64,000 nt of DNA from the sequence record PZ386948.1. One strand, written 5' to 3'. Below the pieces are notes generated by a model, which was not told the origin of the DNA, ran no database searches, and was given only the letters and a program-made list of their open reading frames with translations. Of the stretch, positions 56,042 to 64,000 are shown one piece after another. Position numbers and translations under genes: made by a program. Numbering within the stretch: the first letter of the stretch is position 1; every line of letters begins with the position of its first letter. The DNA comes from a phage.

Positions 56042-57621
56042 GTAATAATACATATCAACACGTTTCTAATGAATCTCGTTATGTAAAATTTGATCCAACT
56101 GGTACAAATTTTCCGGAAGAGATTACTGATGTTCAGGCTGCTATAGCAGCCATTTCTCCTGCTGGCGTAAATGGAGTTCCTGATGCATCGTCAACAACAA
56201 AGGGAATTTTATTTCTTGCCACTGAACAGGAAGTTATAGATGGAACTAATAATACCAAAGCAGTTACACCAGCAACGTTGGCAACAAGATTATCATATCC
56301 AAATGCTACCGAAGAAGTTTATGGACTTACACGTTATTCAACAGACGATGAAGCTGTAGCTGGTGTTAATAATGAATCATCTATAACTCCGGCTAAATTT
56401 ACTACAGCAATTAATCACATTTTTGATACACGAATTTCTTCTGAAAGTTCACTTGGCGTTATTAAGTTATCATCTCTACCGCAAGCATTAGCTGGTGCAG
56501 ATGATACTACTGCAATGACTCCATTAAAAACGCAGCAGTTAGCTATTAAATTAATTGCGCAAATTGCTCCTTCTGAAACCACAGCTACCGAATCGGACCA
56601 AGGTGTTGTTCAATTAGCAACAGTAGCGCAGGTTCGTCAGGGAACTTTAAGAGAAGGCTATGCAATTTCTCCTTATACGTTTATGAATTCATCTGCTACT
56701 GAAGAATATAAAGGCGTAATTAAATTAGGAACACAATCAGAAGTTAACTCGAATAATGCTTCTGTTGCTGTTACTGGTGCAACTCTTAATGGTCGTGGTT
56801 CTACAACGTCAATGAGAGGCGTAGTTAAATTAACTACAACTGCCGGCTCACAGAGTGGAGGTGATGCTTCATCAGCACTAGCTTGGAATGCTGACGTTAT
56901 CCATCAAAGAGGCGGTCAAACTATTAATGGAACACTCCGCATTAATAACACGCTTACAATAGCTTCAGGTGGAGCAAATATTACCGGAACAGTTAACATG
57001 ACCGGTGGTTATATTCAAGGTAAGCGTGTCGTAACACAAAATGAAATTGATAGAACTATTCCTGTCGGAGCTATTATGATGTGGGCCGCTGATAGTCTTC
57101 CTAGTGATGCTTGGCGTTTTTGTCATGGCGGAACTGTTTCAGCATCAGATTGTCCATTATATGCTTCTAGAATTGGAACAAGATACGGCGGAAGTTCATC
57201 AAATCCTGGATTACCTGATATGCGCGGTCTTTTTGTTCGCGGCTCTGGTCGCGGCTCTCACTTAACAAATCCAAATGTTAATGGTAATGACCAGTTTGGT
57301 AAGCCTAGATTAGGTGTAGGTTGTACTGGTGGATATGTTGGTGAAGTACAGAAACAACAGATGTCTTATCATAAACATGCTGGCGGATTTGGTGAGCATG
57401 ATGATTCTGGAGCATTCGGTAATACCCGTAGATCAAATTTTGTTGGTACACGTAAAGGACTTGACTGGGATAACCGTTCATACTTCACCAATGACGGATA
57501 TGAAATTGACCCGGCATCACAACGAAATTCCAAATATACATTAAATCGTCCTGAATTAATTGGAAATGAAACACGTCCATGGAACATTTCTTTAAACTAC
57601 ATAATTAAGGTAAAAGAATGA
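56038..57621 (+). CDS. 12: Short tail fibre protein gp12
   Basis: 527 aa; Gly/Ser/Thr-rich fibre repeats. Confidence 0.9.
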   Translation: MSNNTYQHVSNESRYVKFDPTGTNFPEEITDVQAAIAAISPAGVNGVPDASSTTKGILFLATEQEVIDGTNNTKAVTPATLATRLSYPNATEEVYGLTRYSTDDEAVAGVNNESSITPAKFTTAINHIFDTRISSESSLGVIKLSSLPQALAGADDTTAMTPLKTQQLAIKLIAQIAPSETTATESDQGVVQLATVAQVRQGTLREGYAISPYTFMNSSATEEYKGVIKLGTQSEVNSNNASVAVTGATLNGRGSTTSMRGVVKLTTTAGSQSGGDASSALAWNADVIHQRGGQTINGTLRINNTLTIASGGANITGTVNMTGGYIQGKRVVTQNEIDRTIPVGAIMMWAADSLPSDAWRFCHGGTVSASDCPLYASRIGTRYGGSSSNPGLPDMRGLFVRGSGRGSHLTNPNVNGNDQFGKPRLGVGCTGGYVGEVQKQQMSYHKHAGGFGEHDDSGAFGNTRRSNFVGTRKGLDWDNRSYFTNDGYEIDPASQRNSKYTLNRPELIGNETRPWNISLNYIIKVKE

Positions 57622-57630
57622 GGATTACAA

Positions 57631-59088
57631 ATGATTGAATTAAAAGAGTTACCTTTTGTTGATAGCGTTCCTGACGAAGGTCAGGAACGTATTTCATGGA
57701 TTAAAAATGGTGAAGAAATATTAGGAGCTAGTACTAAGTATGGAAATGATGGATCAATGAATAGACCAATTGTTTCCGTGTTTAAAAACGTCGAAGTTCT
57801 TGATGAAAATGTGGGAATTCTTAAAACTGCCATTGAAACATCACAGAAAGATATTAAAACAATTCAAGGAGTTTTAGATGTATCAGGAGATATAGAAGCA
57901 CTATCGCAGATCAGTGTTAATAAAAATGACATATCGAATTTAAAGACACTTACCAGTGAACACACTGATATATTAACTGGAACTAATAATACAGTTGACA
58001 AAATTATTGCTGATATAGGTCCATTTAATGATGAAGAAAACTCTGTTTATAGAACAATTAGAAATGATTTATTGTGGATTAAACAGGAATTAGGACAATA
58101 TTCTGGCCAAGACATTAACGGTCTTCCTGTTGTTGGTAATGCTAGCACAGGAATGAAACACAGAATAATAACAAATAGTACATTATTATCTTCACAGGGC
58201 ATTCGTTTAAGCGAATTAGAAAATAAATTTACTGAATCTGACGTAGGATCATTAACTGTTGAAGTTGGTAAATTACGTGATGAACTTGGTAATAAACCAG
58301 TAGATTTTGGGCCAAATATTTATAATAGATTAAACACCATAGATGATAAACAAACTTTAATAATTTCTGATATAGCAGAAATTAAATCTTCTATTGGATA
58401 CCCAGAAAATGTTTCTATAATAACAGAAATTAATAATAACAAAAGTAGCATTGAAGCTATTAATAATGAATTAAATCAGAGTGAAGGTGTTAAACAGCGC
58501 TTAACGGCTATTGAAACTTCTATAGGTTCAGATGATATTCCTTCTAGTATTAAAGGAAAAATTAAAAATCACACAACTTCTATTGAGTCTTTAAACGGAA
58601 TTGTTGGTGAAAACACTTCGTCTGGTTTAAGAGCGAATGTTTCGTGGTTAAATCAAATTGTTGGAACTGACTCCAGCGGAGGACAACCGTCTCCTTCTGG
58701 ATCTCTATTAAATAAAGTTTCAGTGCTTGAAGGAGAAGTTTCAGTTTTAAACAATAATGTTCAAAATATACAAGTTGAAATAGGAAATAATAGAACAGGA
58801 ATTAAAGGTCAAGTTATTGAACTTACTTCACTTATAAATGGAAATAATCCTGACGGATCAACTGTTGAAGAACGAGGATTAACTAATTCTATAAAAACGA
58901 ATGAAACCAACATTGCGGCAGTCACACATGAAGTAAATACAGCTAAAGACAATATATCCTCTTTACAGAGCAGCGTTCAAGCTCTACAAGAAGCAGGTTA
59001 TATTCCTGAAGCTCCAAAAGATGGCCAAGCTTACGTTCGTAAAGACGGCGAATGGGTACTACTTTCTACCTTTTTATCACCAGCATAA
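57631..59088 (+). CDS. wac: Fibritin (whisker antigen control)
   Basis: 485 aa; long coiled-coil repeats; C-terminal foldon-like [27 protein letters not shown]. Confidence 0.95.
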   Translation: MIELKELPFVDSVPDEGQERISWIKNGEEILGASTKYGNDGSMNRPIVSVFKNVEVLDENVGILKTAIETSQKDIKTIQGVLDVSGDIEALSQISVNKNDISNLKTLTSEHTDILTGTNNTVDKIIADIGPFNDEENSVYRTIRNDLLWIKQELGQYSGQDINGLPVVGNASTGMKHRIITNSTLLSSQGIRLSELENKFTESDVGSLTVEVGKLRDELGNKPVDFGPNIYNRLNTIDDKQTLIISDIAEIKSSIGYPENVSIITEINNNKSSIEAINNELNQSEGVKQRLTAIETSIGSDDIPSSIKGKIKNHTTSIESLNGIVGENTSSGLRANVSWLNQIVGTDSSGGQPSPSGSLLNKVSVLEGEVSVLNNNVQNIQVEIGNNRTGIKGQVIELTSLINGNNPDGSTVEERGLTNSIKTNETNIAAVTHEVNTAKDNISSLQSSVQALQEAGYIPEAPKDGQAYVRKDGEWVLLSTFLSPA

Positions 59089-59091
59089 CAT

Positions 59092-59107
59092 GGGGCCGCA
59101 AGGCCCC
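59092..59107 (+). terminator. GC hairpin after wac (ggggcc-gcaa-ggcccc), weak terminator or stabiliser
   Basis: Perfect 6-bp stem with GNRA-type loop; no immediate U-run. Confidence 0.35.
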
Positions 59108-59119
59108 AAAGGATTTTAA

Positions 59120-60822
<1,703 letters not shown>

Positions 60823-60863
60823 TAAATATTATAAACTAATTAAAGCCCAGATTAGGAGAAATC

Positions 60864-64000
<3,137 letters not shown>

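Overview
This 64-kb window is a contiguous block of a T4-like (T-even, Tequatrovirus-type) myovirus genome, very close to phage T4 but not identical as far as I can recall the T4 sequences (lysozyme e differs at about 3 residues, denV is more diverged, nrdD is uninterrupted). Positions 1-43392 carry about 90 early/middle genes on the minus strand: 46 (partial), 47, a-gt, 55, nrdH/nrdG/nrdD, 49, pin, nrdC, a long accessory block, tk, rI, regB, denV, e, nudE, a tRNA cluster with homing-endonuclease genes, an internal-protein array, 57B/57A, 1, 3, 2 and 4. These are punctuated by a reiterated early-promoter motif (GTTTAC -35 plus A/T-rich -10) and rho-independent terminators. Positions 43440-64000 carry late baseplate/neck/packaging genes on the plus strand: 53, 5, a 5.1-like ORF, 5.4, 6-12, wac, 13-16 and 17 (partial). 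I see no CRISPR array, integrase or transposon. I do not find compelling evidence for an entirely new multi-gene system. The most interesting observations are accessory-region features: an internal-protein-like cassette flanked by identical 31-bp hairpins, a chimeric GrcA-like gene with a GC-rich host-like 3' half, a degenerate tRNA-Tyr-like element, freestanding homing-endonuclease insertions, a four-member paralog family, and an AAA-ATPase/nucleotidyltransferase-like pair. All homology statements come from reading the sequence and from memory of protein families; no database search was run.
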